Shown piece by piece: positions 7,570-17,688 of a DNA stretch of 64,000 nucleotides. The DNA comes from an uncultured Gemmatimonadales bacterium (GTDB lineage: Bacteria; Gemmatimonadota; Gemmatimonadetes; Gemmatimonadales; Gemmatimonadaceae). Position 1 is the stretch's first letter, and each line of letters begins with the position of its first letter. The notes beneath the pieces are model-generated. The model did not search any database. It saw only the letters and a program-made list of their open reading frames with translations, and was not told where the DNA came from. A program made the position numbers and the translations under genes. The DNA lies in contig CAWBZV010000003.1 in assembly GCA_963793305.1 (NCBI GenBank), forward strand, positions 704,001 through 768,000, read 5' to 3'.

Positions 7570-9929
7570 GTGAACGGCTCGATCTCCGACACCAACCGTA
7601 GCGCTGACGCGCTGTGGGCCGCTGTCGCGCGGCTCGTGGGGGCCGAGTACGACTTGGCGGGCGAGTTGAGCGCGACGACGGATGGGCGGAGGACGGCCTA
7701 CATCGCGACGCGTCGCACGCCGGAGCGCGAGCTGGTGCTGCTGGTCGTCGAGCGCGGGCCTGAGCCGGATGCCTACGAGCTGTCGTTGCACGAGGTGCTC
7801 GACGAGAGCGTGCCCGCGCGCGATCTCTATTGCCGGCACTGCGGGAACCGTCTCGAGACGTGGGCGGCCGCGTGTCCGGTGTGCCACCAGAACACGGCGC
7901 TCGCCACCGCGATCCCTCGCGGCCAGGTCTCTGACCTGAGCCTCCGCTCGGCCGTCGCCTCGGCCCTGGGCGCCGACAGTACGCCACTGGGCCAACTGCC
8001 GACTGCGTCGGGCAGCATCGCGGTGTTCGCGCGGGCGGCCCGCACCGGCGAGATCGTCGCGTTGACGCTGGAGCGGATCGGCGGGTCGACGGGGCCAACG
8101 CGCGCGGTGCCGATCGTTCGCCTACAGCGTCACAACACGCCAACGTCTACGGTCTGTCGCGGCAACGTCCGCACCGGTGGCCGAGGCAGCATCGACGGCG
8201 CCGAGCGCGCCCAAGCGGCCGTCGTCGCCGCACAGCGGCGAGATCGGGCCGTTGCCCGAGCGAGACCGCTCGCTCGTAACGACGTCGCCATCGTCCGGCG
8301 AGCCCGGCGTGCTCTCGCTCATGTGCCCGCGCTGCGGCTCGCGGTTCGAAGCCGGCGCGCGATTCTGCCCGGTCGATGGGGCCGAGCTGCGCGCGATCCC
8401 GCTGCAGGATGATCTGGTCGGCCGCGTGGTCGGCGGCAAGTTCCGCGTCGAGAAGCTGCTCGGCCAAGGCGGGATGGGTCGCGTGTACCTGGCGGAACAC
8501 GTCCGGATCGGTCGCCGTTGCGCGCTCAAGGTGTTGGCCCCGAACCTCGTCGGCGATCCCAGCTCGATTCGCCGATTCGACGGGGAAGCGCGGAACGCGA
8601 GCCGGATCGTGCATCCCAGCGTCGCGGTCGTCTACGATTTCGAGGAGACGCCGGACGGCCTCGTGTATCTCGTGCTGGAGTACGTCGACGGCGAGACGCT
8701 CGGCGCGATCCTGGGTCGTTCGGAGAACCAGCGACTCGAACGTCACGCGCTCGATGCAGATCGCGCGCGAAGTCGCCGACGCGTTGCAAGCCGCGCACGA
8801 TCTCGGGATCGTGCACCGCGACCTGAAGCCCGACAACATCATGCTGACACAGCAGGACCGCGTGAAAGTCGTGGATTTCGGGATCGCGAAGGCGATGGAG
8901 ACGGCCGGCCCGGGTCAGCACGGAGTGACGCGCACGGGGTTCGTCGTGGGCACGCCGCGCTACATGAGCCCCGAGCAGCTCGCCGGCACGAACGTCGACG
9001 CGCGCTCCGACATTTACGCGTTGGGCTGTGTGCTCTACGAGATGGTGACGGGCCGCGCCGCGTACGACGCGCCGATCACGACTGAGCGCACGATGCGTTC
9101 CCAGCCGCGGTTCCGCGAAGACGCCCCACGCGCACTCGACGCGATCATCACGAAGGCAATGTCGCGCGCCGCCGAGGGGCGTTTCCAGACGGCGCGCGAG
9201 ATGCGGGATGCATTGGACGCGCTGCTCGCTCGCGGCCGCGCCACTTCGCGCCGCGCGCTATTCACGCGGATCGGGATCGCCGTCGCCGCGGTCGCGGGCG
9301 TCGCCGCCGGGGCTGTCGCGGTCGTGAGTCGGTCGCATCCACAGTCGCCGGCCCCATCGTCGCAGTCGTCGCCGCCCGCTGCGACCGTCGTCGCCTCTAC
9401 GGCGCCGAGTGTCTCGCCACCGCCGACGCCGGTACCTTCAGCGCCGACAACGCCGGCCGCGAACACCAAGCCCGCGCAGTCGCCGCCGGTGCAGCCCAAG
9501 CCCAAGGTGCCGCAACCGACGGTACCGCAGCCGACGGTCAAGGCTCGCACGCCGACTCCGGCGTCGCCGCCTCCCGAGTCGGCCGTCACGTCAGACTACC
9601 TCGGCCGCCCACTCCAGTATTTGGTTCACGTCAAGCGAGTGATTCGTGAGGAGTGGGTCCAAGCGCTCGAGGGCGCTCAGCCGAGGGGCCCTGAGCACGC
9701 CGAGTTCGCGCTGGTGATGGACGAGACGGGGCGGGTCGTTCAGGTGAAGCCGATCTCGGTGTCGGGCCAGGCGGCCTACGACGACCCGCTCGAGTCGTCA
9801 CTGCAACGGATCGTCACATTCGGCCCGCCGCCACCGCGCGTGGGCCGCGAGGTCCACGTTGAGTTCCACGGGTTCGGTCTGACGGTTAAGGCCGGGAACC
9901 TCGAGACGCCTACAGTGCCGGCTCGCTGA
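7570..9929 (+). CDS. Hanks-type Ser/Thr kinase with N-terminal zinc ribbons, TM segment, Pro-rich linker and TonB-C-like tail; frameshifted
   Basis: GGAGG RBS then GTG 7570; CxxC pairs; [20 protein letters not shown] and GTPRYMSPE spread over three overlapping frames (shifts near 8150 and 8735). Confidence 0.8.
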
Positions 9930-12177
9930 ACTCGTCGGCGTCGTTGGGCTTGAGTGGCACGGGCGCGGCGCCGGGTTTCGTCACAGTGTAGAGCCCAACA
10001 TGCTTCCGCTTCTGTCCTTTCACGGTCTCGGTCGTGACGGTGACGAGCACGAGCCGCTGGCCATCCCTCGACGCCGCGTAATCGACGAGCCCAGGTAGTG
10101 CATCGCTGCCGAGTACGACACTCGGCGCCCCACCACCGGGCGCGACGCGCATGAGCCGCCATCCGGAGCCTTTCCCGGCGGAGTCTGAGAGGTACAGCAA
10201 CGACCCGTCTTTGAGCACGACGGGATGCGCCTGCGCTTCTGGCCCATTGGTTAGAGCGACTTCGTCGACCGAGTGCACGCGCACGACGTGCTTGTCGTCG
10301 CCACGTTCGCCGAGTGCGATGACGGATGCTCCGCCGGAGTCGTAGGTCGCCCAGCGGAGCGACAGCCGATCGCGTCCGAGAGGTTTCGGGAGCTGGGCGG
10401 CGCTCGAGTCGGGGTAAAGGGAGACGAGCTGCATTTTGCGGCCGACGCGCCCCATGCTGACGGCTATGGTGTTGCCATCGGGCGACCAGGTCGGATGCTC
10501 GAACCCATCGCCCAGTGCGGTGAGCGGATGCGCGTGTCCACCGTCGGCGTCGGCGACGTAGAGCGTCCATTTCTCCCCGCGCGTTCCGCCGTCGGAGACG
10601 TACGCGATGCGCAGATGATCGGGCGACCACGCGCCATCGCGGGTATTCTGGTTCGTATCGGCGAGAGCGAGGGGTTTCGGGTTCTCGAGCGCGAACGTCA
10701 CGAGCGCGGATCGTTTCTCGCCGAGTTGTTTGGTGGCGAGCACTTCGCCGGTGACGTAGACGAGCATGGAGTCGCGGACGCCGCCGGGTCCCATGGCGGT
10801 GACGGTCGCGTGCCCAACGCGATGGGGCGCGAACGTGCCGCTCGTGTCGACGGTCAGTACTGCGTCGTTCGACGAGGCCCACCGGTTCGTGATCGGCCGT
10901 CCCAGCGATGCCTGCTGCGCGTCGTGATACAACGTCGTGTTACTCCAGGTGCCGCCGAGGGCCAACGCGATTTTCGGGTCGTGCTTGTCCATCGCGAACG
11001 TGCCATCGACGACATCAATGGTCCACACGGTCGCGGGGAGCGTGGGATACTTGAACTCGAGCTTCGTGTGTCCGGCTTTCCGCCCGACAATGCGTCCGAT
11101 CTTGGCGTCGTAGCTCGCGATGTTGGTATCGGTGACGCTCCACGTGGCGGCCAGTCCAACCACCGGCGATGAGTCAGCCGCAACAGGTTCCGCCGTGACT
11201 TTTATGAACGCGCCGGCAGCGACTTCGATGGGAGTCGCGGCGTCCGGCTCCGCGCGCACGCGCTCGACGTGCTTGTACACGCGCACGGGCAGATGCTTCG
11301 ACATGCCGTAGCCGTCCGCGATGACCTCGGCCAGCCCTGCGCCTTGCGCCCGAACGATGCCGAGCACGGGGTTGAGCACTCGAACAATGTCGCGATTTCC
11401 GGTGCGCCAGTTGAGCCCACGCACGAGCCGGCGGTGTCCTTGCGTCGGCACGTCGACGATGACGGTATCCTCGGCCCCTTCTTCGAGCAGCACGGAGTCG
11501 CGCGTGATTTCGATGGCGACGGGCACGACTTCGATCGGCGCCGAGGCCAATGTCCCGTCGGCCGAGCGGACGCCGAGTACGGCGTCACCGGGTGTGAGTC
11601 CAACGACGTCGCCGGCGACGGAGTCGAACATGGCGGTGGTGCCGAACACGGACCAGTTGGCGCTGGCGAGGACTTCGGTCGAGCCGTCGTCATAAAGCGC
11701 GGTGACGGCCGGCCGCGTGCGCTCCGATGGCAGCAGCAGGATGGGCGTCGGCGCGATCTGGAGCAGGCGCGGGTGCCGCACGGCCTGCACGGGTGTCGGC
11801 GCGACGGCGACGGCGCCGACGGGTGCGACGGTGACGATAACGTCGCGCAGCAGGTCGTTGACCTGGACGGTGAGTTGGGTTTCGCCGGCTTTGAGGCCGG
11901 TGACGAGTCCATGGCCGTCGACTGTAGCGATACTCGAGTCCGCGACGGTGTATTTCGCGCTGTACTTGTCGCCCTCGATGGTGGAGCCTTTGTCGTCGTA
12001 CGCGGTGGTGTATATCGACCCGGTCGCCCCGACGTCGACGCGGAGGGCGAGCGGTGTGACGACGAGTCGTGACGTCGCGACGGTCGCGGCTTGCGGCGCG
12101 TTTTGCGCGGCGAGGGGGACGACGCAGGCTGCCGGTGCAGCCAGCGCGAGGGCGAGCAGTATGTTCTGGTAACGCAC
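9910..12177 (-). CDS. Secreted protein with Ig-like (Big_2) repeats and C-terminal TolB-like propeller
   Basis: Signal peptide; repeated W/Y-xxx-D-xxIATVD..G motifs; WSPD repeats; start inferred at GTG 12177. Confidence 0.75.
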   Translation of the reverse strand: MRYQNILLALALAAPAACVVPLAAQNAPQAATVATSRLVVTPLALRVDVGATGSIYTTAYDDKGSTIEGDKYSAKYTVADSSIATVDGHGLVTGLKAGETQLTVQVNDLLRDVIVTVAPVGAVAVAPTPVQAVRHPRLLQIAPTPILLLPSERTRPAVTALYDDGSTEVLASANWSVFGTTAMFDSVAGDVVGLTPGDAVLGVRSADGTLASAPIEVVPVAIEITRDSVLLEEGAEDTVIVDVPTQGHRRLVRGLNWRTGNRDIVRVLNPVLGIVRAQGAGLAEVIADGYGMSKHLPVRVYKHVERVRAEPDAATPIEVAAGAFIKVTAEPVAADSSPVVGLAATWSVTDTNIASYDAKIGRIVGRKAGHTKLEFKYPTLPATVWTIDVVDGTFAMDKHDPKIALALGGTWSNTTLYHDAQQASLGRPITNRWASSNDAVLTVDTSGTFAPHRVGHATVTAMGPGGVRDSMLVYVTGEVLATKQLGEKRSALVTFALENPKPLALADTNQNTRDGAWSPDHLRIAYVSDGGTRGEKWTLYVADADGGHAHPLTALGDGFEHPTWSPDGNTIAVSMGRVGRKMQLVSLYPDSSAAQLPKPLGRDRLSLRWATYDSGGASVIALGERGDDKHVVRVHSVDEVALTNGPEAQAHPVVLKDGSLLYLSDSAGKGSGWRLMRVAPGGGAPSVVLGSDALPGLVDYAASRDGQRLVLVTVTTETVKGQKRKHVGLYTVTKPGAAPVPLKPNDADEFSEPAL

Positions 12178-12298
12178 GGTGGGAGTCTTGGCCGAGGTCC
12201 AGGTGGCAATGCCAATGTAGGACCGCTCACTCAAGCGGCAAGCCGAGTCCCTGTCGTTCTAACGCAACAGCAGCCGGATTTTTCTCTATTATTTGCCC

Positions 12299-13009
12299 AT
12301 GGCCAAAGACGATGGGACTCAAGCGCTTACGGAAGCGCAGCATGCCCGCTTCGCGCGTGGTTTTCTGGACCGGTATCTGGTGCCAGCCTTCGGCTCGCTC
12401 ACGAAGTCCGAGCTCGACCTCCTGGTGTTCTCGCTCCTCCACGAGGTGGGTTATTTGCGTCCCACCGACTCCCAATACGACATCGCCCGCCGCCTGCGGG
12501 TGACACCAACTCGCGTCCGCTCGCTCACGATGCAGATGGAGTTGCGCGACACGTCCCAGACCGAGGACTCACTGGTGACGCGGATCGTCGAGTGTCTCTC
12601 GACGGCGCGTTTCGTCAAGGACGGCGCGATGATCTCGTTCGGCGTCGAGGACCCACTCTTGTCCGCTGATATAGCGGCGCGCCTCAAGGAGCTGGGTGCG
12701 ATCACGGATTCGTCGTTCAACCGCGAGATCATCAAGGTCCCGCGCAACGCTTTCGCGGACCTCGTCAGCACTCTGTTGCCGCCCGACCGTCGCGAGATGG
12801 TCCGCAAGGCTCTGATCCAAGCCGGCGTGCCCGATGGCAGCTGGAGGGGCGTGCTTCGCGGCGCTCTCGCGAAGGCGGCCGAGAAGATCGCCGGTGCCGC
12901 GGGCGAGGAGGCGACGAAGGAGATTCAGGATCTGGCGGGTCCGGCGATCAAGGATCTGTTCGCGTCGGTCGCCAAGCAGATCACGGTACGGTGGAAAGTG
13001 CTGCTGTAG
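12299..13009 (+). CDS. Hypothetical protein with probable HTH (PAFGSLTKSELDLL...DIARRLRVTPTRVR)
   Basis: Long ORF with host-like codon use; HTH-like segment. Confidence 0.65.
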   Translation: MAKDDGTQALTEAQHARFARGFLDRYLVPAFGSLTKSELDLLVFSLLHEVGYLRPTDSQYDIARRLRVTPTRVRSLTMQMELRDTSQTEDSLVTRIVECLSTARFVKDGAMISFGVEDPLLSADIAARLKELGAITDSSFNREIIKVPRNAFADLVSTLLPPDRREMVRKALIQAGVPDGSWRGVLRGALAKAAEKIAGAAGEEATKEIQDLAGPAIKDLFASVAKQITVRWKVLL

Positions 13010-13023
13010 AGCTATTGTATTGC

Positions 13024-13050
13024 CAATGTACCCCCAATGTGGATACATTG
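13024..13050. promoter_or_regulatory. Inverted-repeat operator upstream of the TA operon
   Basis: CAATGTA-N13-TACATTG about 30 nt before the antitoxin ATG. Confidence 0.55.
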
Positions 13051-13082
13051 TATGTGCAATCGGTCTACTTCCAGGAGCTCTC

Positions 13083-13427
13083 ATGTCCAAGCCAACCCGT
13101 TCGGCTCGTAAGCGTTCGTCGCCGTCGCGCCCAACCGTGCGTAAGACAGGGACGATCCGCGCGCGCGTCGACCCTGCGCTCAAGAAGCGGGCCGAGGCCA
13201 CATTCGCCGAGGTCGGGCTCTCGGCGAGCGCTGCGATCACATTGTTCTATTCGCAGGTCGTTCGGCACGGCGGTCTGCCATTCGCCGTACGCGCGACGCC
13301 GATCCATGCTGGTGGCGGCAGCGCCTGGAATGTGTTGCGATCGCAGGCCGGCACGGTTCGGGCGCCGAGCGACTGGGCGAGCGAGCACGATCACTACATT
13401 CACGGCACGACGAAGCGGGGCGCCTGA
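13083..13427 (+). CDS. RelB/DinJ-type RHH antitoxin with extended C-terminus
   Basis: AGGAG RBS; IRARVDPALKKRAEATFAEVGLSASAAITLFYSQV...GLPF. Confidence 0.85.
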   Translation: MSKPTRSARKRSSPSRPTVRKTGTIRARVDPALKKRAEATFAEVGLSASAAITLFYSQVVRHGGLPFAVRATPIHAGGGSAWNVLRSQAGTVRAPSDWASEHDHYIHGTTKRGA

Positions 13428-13493
13428 CCAACGTCTTTGCCATGATCCCGTCGCGCCGCGCCACCGGCCGGAACGTCTCCGCCGGCCGACCGT

Positions 13494-13898
13494 ATGCTCT
13501 TGGACACGTTCTACGTTCAGGCGATCCTGAACGCCGACGACGCCTACCACGCACGCGCGGTCGCGCTGGCGCCGCGCATCGAGGCCGCGGCCGAGGTCAT
13601 CGTTACTGAAGCAGTCTTGATCGAGGTGGGCAATGCCTTGAGCGACAGGGATCGGTCCGCGGCCGTGGCGTTCATTCGAGGGTGCTACGACACGCCGAAC
13701 ATCACGGTGGTACCCCTGACCGCCGAGCTTCTGGCCCGCGCGCTGGCGCTTTACGATGGTCGGCCTGACAAGGCCTGGGGGCTCACCGACTGTATTTCGT
13801 TTGTGGTGATGGCCGATTTGCACGTGGCCGCCGCGGCGACCGGCGATCGGCACTTTGCTCAGGCTGGGTTTGCGCCGTTGCTCGACCCACCGCAGTAA
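13494..13898 (+). CDS. vapC: VapC/PIN domain toxin
   Basis: LLDT, VLIEV, GLTDCISF and ATGDRHF acidic PIN motifs. Confidence 0.9.
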   Translation: MLLDTFYVQAILNADDAYHARAVALAPRIEAAAEVIVTEAVLIEVGNALSDRDRSAAVAFIRGCYDTPNITVVPLTAELLARALALYDGRPDKAWGLTDCISFVVMADLHVAAAATGDRHFAQAGFAPLLDPPQ

Positions 13899-14158
13899 CT
13901 CGCATACCGCAGCGGGTATTTGGCGGGCGGCCCGGATCCAGAACGACGCTCAGCGCCGAAAGTCCCTGGGGCACCGCGGTTCTCACCGGGCAATTTCGCT
14001 CGGTACTGATTGCAAACCGGTAACATCGTAGTCACGCGCGTCGCGGTTGTTGCCTGGTCGATCACGATCGGGCATACGGTGGTGCGAGATGCTCGCACCC
14101 GCAAATGGGCGCTTGCGGTAGGGTGTGTGATCCCTCTTTCACACCCTCCGAGGCTTCT

Positions 14159-14278
14159 ATGCGCCGACTCGCCCCGCTGGCTCTTCTTGCGCTGCTCGCT
14201 TTGTCCGCGTGCGTATCCCCAACGTCACCATCACGCGATTGCGGCGGTTCACAGGCCGGATCGGATACACACTGCTAG
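14159..14278 (+). CDS. 39-aa lipopeptide (not in ORF track)
   Basis: GAGG RBS; MRRLAPLALLALLALSACVSPTSPSRDCGGSQAGSDTHC with lipobox LSAC; stop lies 2 nt from the stop of the convergent TPR gene. Confidence 0.7.
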   Translation: MRRLAPLALLALLALSACVSPTSPSRDCGGSQAGSDTHC

Positions 14279-14280
14279 CA

Positions 14281-15468
14281 TTAACCGCGCGCGGGAACGC
14301 GTTCGCGGATTACTTCGAGAGCCGGTCGACATCGGGGCGGCAGCGGTAACGCTTCTGGCGGTGTCGACCGGCTCACGTCCTCTCCATCGAGCGCGCGTTG
14401 GGCGAGCCGTTCGAATTCGTTGAGCTCATATAGCAGCGCCGTATCCCGAAGCGTCTGATATACCGCGCGTGCGTCGCCTGGGCGCCCGTTCGCGGTCAGT
14501 CCTTCGGCGAGCGTGACGAAGAACTCGCAGCGGCGATATGGCGAGAGGGTCGTCGCTTCTAAGTCGCCTCGTAGGTGATCGAACTCATCCCACTGCCGCC
14601 GATCCGCCGCGACTTGCAGGAGGTTGATCGTCGCGGAACATCGCAAGTCGACTTGTGGGCTTTCCTGACGCACGCAGGTCAGCACGTCACGCGCGATCTC
14701 GAGGAGTCCGAGCTCGCGCAGCGTCCATCCGAGGTCGGAGAGCACTCGGATCTGCGGGATGCGGTCTCGGTGAATCGCGAGTGATTCGCCGAGGTCGAGT
14801 AGCGCATGTTCGAGATCGCCTTCGCGGTTGGCGAGCGTCCCGCGATCGTGCAGCGCAAGTGCGAGCGGATATCGGAGATCCTGTTCTCGCGCGTCTTCAA
14901 TCACCCGGCTCAACTGGCTACGCGCGGCTGGATACTTGTCCTGCGCGATCGCGACTTTGGCGAGGCCGATGCGCGCCAACAGCTCTTCAACGCGATCCCC
15001 GATCTCCTGGGCGACTGCGCCCGCGGCGCGATAGGCTTTGGTCGCTTCTCGGTAGCGGCCGAGCGATCGGAGGCACAGCCCGACGCGAACAAGGGCGGCG
15101 GGCGCGAGCTTGAGTGCTTGCTCCCGGCGACCGAGCTCGGCGGCGAGCTGATAAACGTCAGCCGCCAACTCCCATGCGCCGTCATCTTCGAGCGTCCTGC
15201 CATACTCCATGAGCGCCGGCCCAGCCGGGCTCGGTGGATCCGCATCGATCACGCGCAGCAGCTCGCCGAGCGCGCGCAATGTCGCGCCATGCGGTAGGGT
15301 ATCGACCACCACGCGCGCCATATCAATATCCGACGCGTCGGGCGCGACCTTCGAATCGACGCGCACCGCGATCGCCTGCAGTATCGCGAGCCCCGCAGTT
15401 CGCGGCACGCGCTCCCGCTCTGCCCATTCCGACGATTGGAGCTGCTCGCGAAACCGGCTAAGGAGCAT
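14281..15468 (-). CDS. TPR repeat protein
   Basis: 395-aa helical repeats (ALVRVGLCLRSLGRYREA, ALHDRGTLANREGDLEHA, VLSDLGWTLRELGLLEIA). Confidence 0.75.
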   Translation of the reverse strand: MLLSRFREQLQSSEWAERERVPRTAGLAILQAIAVRVDSKVAPDASDIDMARVVVDTLPHGATLRALGELLRVIDADPPSPAGPALMEYGRTLEDDGAWELAADVYQLAAELGRREQALKLAPAALVRVGLCLRSLGRYREATKAYRAAGAVAQEIGDRVEELLARIGLAKVAIAQDKYPAARSQLSRVIEDAREQDLRYPLALALHDRGTLANREGDLEHALLDLGESLAIHRDRIPQIRVLSDLGWTLRELGLLEIARDVLTCVRQESPQVDLRCSATINLLQVAADRRQWDEFDHLRGDLEATTLSPYRRCEFFVTLAEGLTANGRPGDARAVYQTLRDTALLYELNEFERLAQRALDGEDVSRSTPPEALPLPPRCRPALEVIRERVPARG

Positions 15469-15814
15469 CGCTGGGTGCAGTCCAGGCCGAGGGTGATCCC
15501 GCCGTCAGAAACGGATATGCGTCAGAAAATATCTGAGTGCGCGAGCGGGGACAGATGATATTGTGACTGGTTTGACCCAGCCATGGCAACTTCTGCACAA
15601 CAATTGTGCACGGATCTGTTTACGACGGTCTGCAGCATTTAAGTAGTGGCTAAATACGTGTCAATGCGGTGGTTATGTGTAGGGGATTCCCCTATGCGCG
15701 TGTCGTAAACGTTTAATCAGTGCAGTCTCAATCGTGTGCCAGCAAGCACAACCATGGGATTGCGCCCACGCTTTGGTGTTGGCAACCGTAGCTCCTTTCC
15801 ACAGGTTAGAGACA

Positions 15815-17008
15815 ATGATCCGAGACGACAGCGACGTATCCGGCCTGCTGCAACTCTCGCGCGCTCTCGCGAGAGGTGACGCCATCGTGGTCGTCGGCCC
15901 GGAGCTCTCCCGACTCGCCGGCGCCCCCGCTCCTATCGATCTTGCAAGCTCCTTGCGCCGGGATCTCAACCCCTCGACGCCGGCGACGCCGCTCGCCGCC
16001 GTCGCGCAAGCATTCCGCGATCAGTTCGGCGACTACGCGCTGTACGCCCGTCTGCGCGCCGCACTCGATGCGGGCGCACAGCAGTCGACGCGTGCGCATC
16101 GCCTGCTCTGCGAGCTCCCGTTCCTCGTGCATATCACGACGAACTCGGATTCGCTCGTCGAGGACACGCTTCGCTCGCTGCAATACCCGGTGCATCTCGT
16201 CGCCGACTCCGGCGCGGTCAAGGATTGGAGCGAGACGCGCGAGGTGCAGGTGGTCAAGATCCACGGCGACATGTCGCGCCCGGACACGATCGCGCTGGCC
16301 GAACGCAATGTCGCCCACGTCCTACGCCGCGGGTCGCCGCTTCGCGAGAAGCTCGCCGATCTCGTGCGCTACCGCACGGTGGTCTACGTCGGATTCGGGA
16401 TCAACGACCCCGAGCTCGCCCCACTATTGGCGGCACGCGAGCAGGACGACCCGAAGCCCACGCGCCCGGCATTTGCGCTCACGTTCGACACCCACCCGGA
16501 TCTGTTGGCCGAGTGGCGCCGGCGCACGATTCGTCCGATCGCGATCGACCCGCGTGGTGAGGGGCGTGAGGAGGTGCTCGCGAAGACGCTCGAGCACCTA
16601 ACGTCGCTCGTGCAGCAACGCGCGACTGGCTGCGACATTCTGATCGTCGACGACGAGCCGACGCTTCGCACCGCGTTCAAGATGATGCTCGAGCGCGGTA
16701 TGCAGGGCGTCACCGTCGAGGCGGCGGAGAACGGCGTCGCCGCATTGCTGCGCATGCCGGGCTTGCGGCCGAAGTTGCTGCTCGTCGATCTCATCATGCC
16801 GGAGATGGACGGCTGGCGTCTCATCGACGCGGTTCGTGCGGATCCGAACTACTCAGGGGTGCAGTTCATCGTGCTGACGGGCATGGAGAACCTCGAGTGG
16901 ATGCAGCGCGCGGAGGCGATGGGGATTCCGTACGTGATGAAGCCGTTTGAGCGCGATGAGTTTTTGAAGATCGTGGCGGATCAGCTGATGCCCAGAGGAA
17001 CGCACTAA
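15815..17008 (+). CDS. SIR2-like domain fused to a C-terminal response-regulator receiver
   Basis: VVVGPELS, ITTNSD, VKIHGD and YVGFGINDP (SIR2_2-like); ILIVDDE, LVDLIMPEMDG and MKPF (REC). Confidence 0.8.
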   Translation: MIRDDSDVSGLLQLSRALARGDAIVVVGPELSRLAGAPAPIDLASSLRRDLNPSTPATPLAAVAQAFRDQFGDYALYARLRAALDAGAQQSTRAHRLLCELPFLVHITTNSDSLVEDTLRSLQYPVHLVADSGAVKDWSETREVQVVKIHGDMSRPDTIALAERNVAHVLRRGSPLREKLADLVRYRTVVYVGFGINDPELAPLLAAREQDDPKPTRPAFALTFDTHPDLLAEWRRRTIRPIAIDPRGEGREEVLAKTLEHLTSLVQQRATGCDILIVDDEPTLRTAFKMMLERGMQGVTVEAAENGVAALLRMPGLRPKLLLVDLIMPEMDGWRLIDAVRADPNYSGVQFIVLTGMENLEWMQRAEAMGIPYVMKPFERDEFLKIVADQLMPRGTH

Positions 17009-17073
17009 GCGGACGTGGCGCGGGCGGGTTCAGATTATCCCTGCAGCCCTCACACGTTTTGAGCCGCGCTCTT

Positions 17074-17127
17074 GTTATCAAAACGAAAGCGTCGAACTTT
17101 TGATAACGAATGCCGCTATCAAAAGTT
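17074..17127. repeat. Three TATCAAAA boxes in alternating orientation (nested inverted repeats)
   Basis: GTTATCAAAA (17074-83) / TTTTGATAAC (17098-107) and AACTTTTGATA (17095-105) / TATCAAAAGTT (17117-27). Confidence 0.7.
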
Positions 17128-17688
17128 GCCGCGCGCCCAACGACGAGCGATCGCGCGGTCGCTGAATCCGCCAGCAGGCAGGCCCGAACAACTTCGCCGC
17201 GTTCATTCTGGCGCCGTTACCCCCGAACCCACCGCCTGAGTACCTGTGTGAGGTCGCGATATATTGCGTTCCCCATCTTCGCACGTCCCGCCTCAACTTC
17301 CAATTTGCGTCGTTCTTGTGTGACCCGACCTGACGCGCGACCACTTGCCGCCGTACGGCACCGGTGACGCGATGGCCAATGGGTTCCACGCACGTAAGCC
17401 GAGCTTCCCGGAATGCGGGATGTCACGCGCTCGCCATGACGTCGGCCGCCAACAGCCGCAATTATGGACACAAACAGGCACGTTTCTGACATTTTGCCGC
17501 ACCCAACATGCGGTGAGTAATAGGCGGGAGATTTCAGCCTGCGTGTCCCAAGATTCGTAGCCCTGGCGGGCAGACCCACAGTGATGCGACATTAGCGTCT
17601 GGACGGCACATCCTTCTGGGAATGCTGTAGTCGCGCATCGACCCAGGCCACGTCGTGGACCTGTTCACGGCTCGGACTTTCCACTTTA

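Noticed and set aside
9340..9580. Pro-rich repeats ([15 protein letters not shown])
   Set aside because: Ordinary low-complexity linker in the kinase.
17130..17680. Possible gene or integrase remnant before the nuclease-helicase
   Set aside because: No frame gave recognisable motifs.
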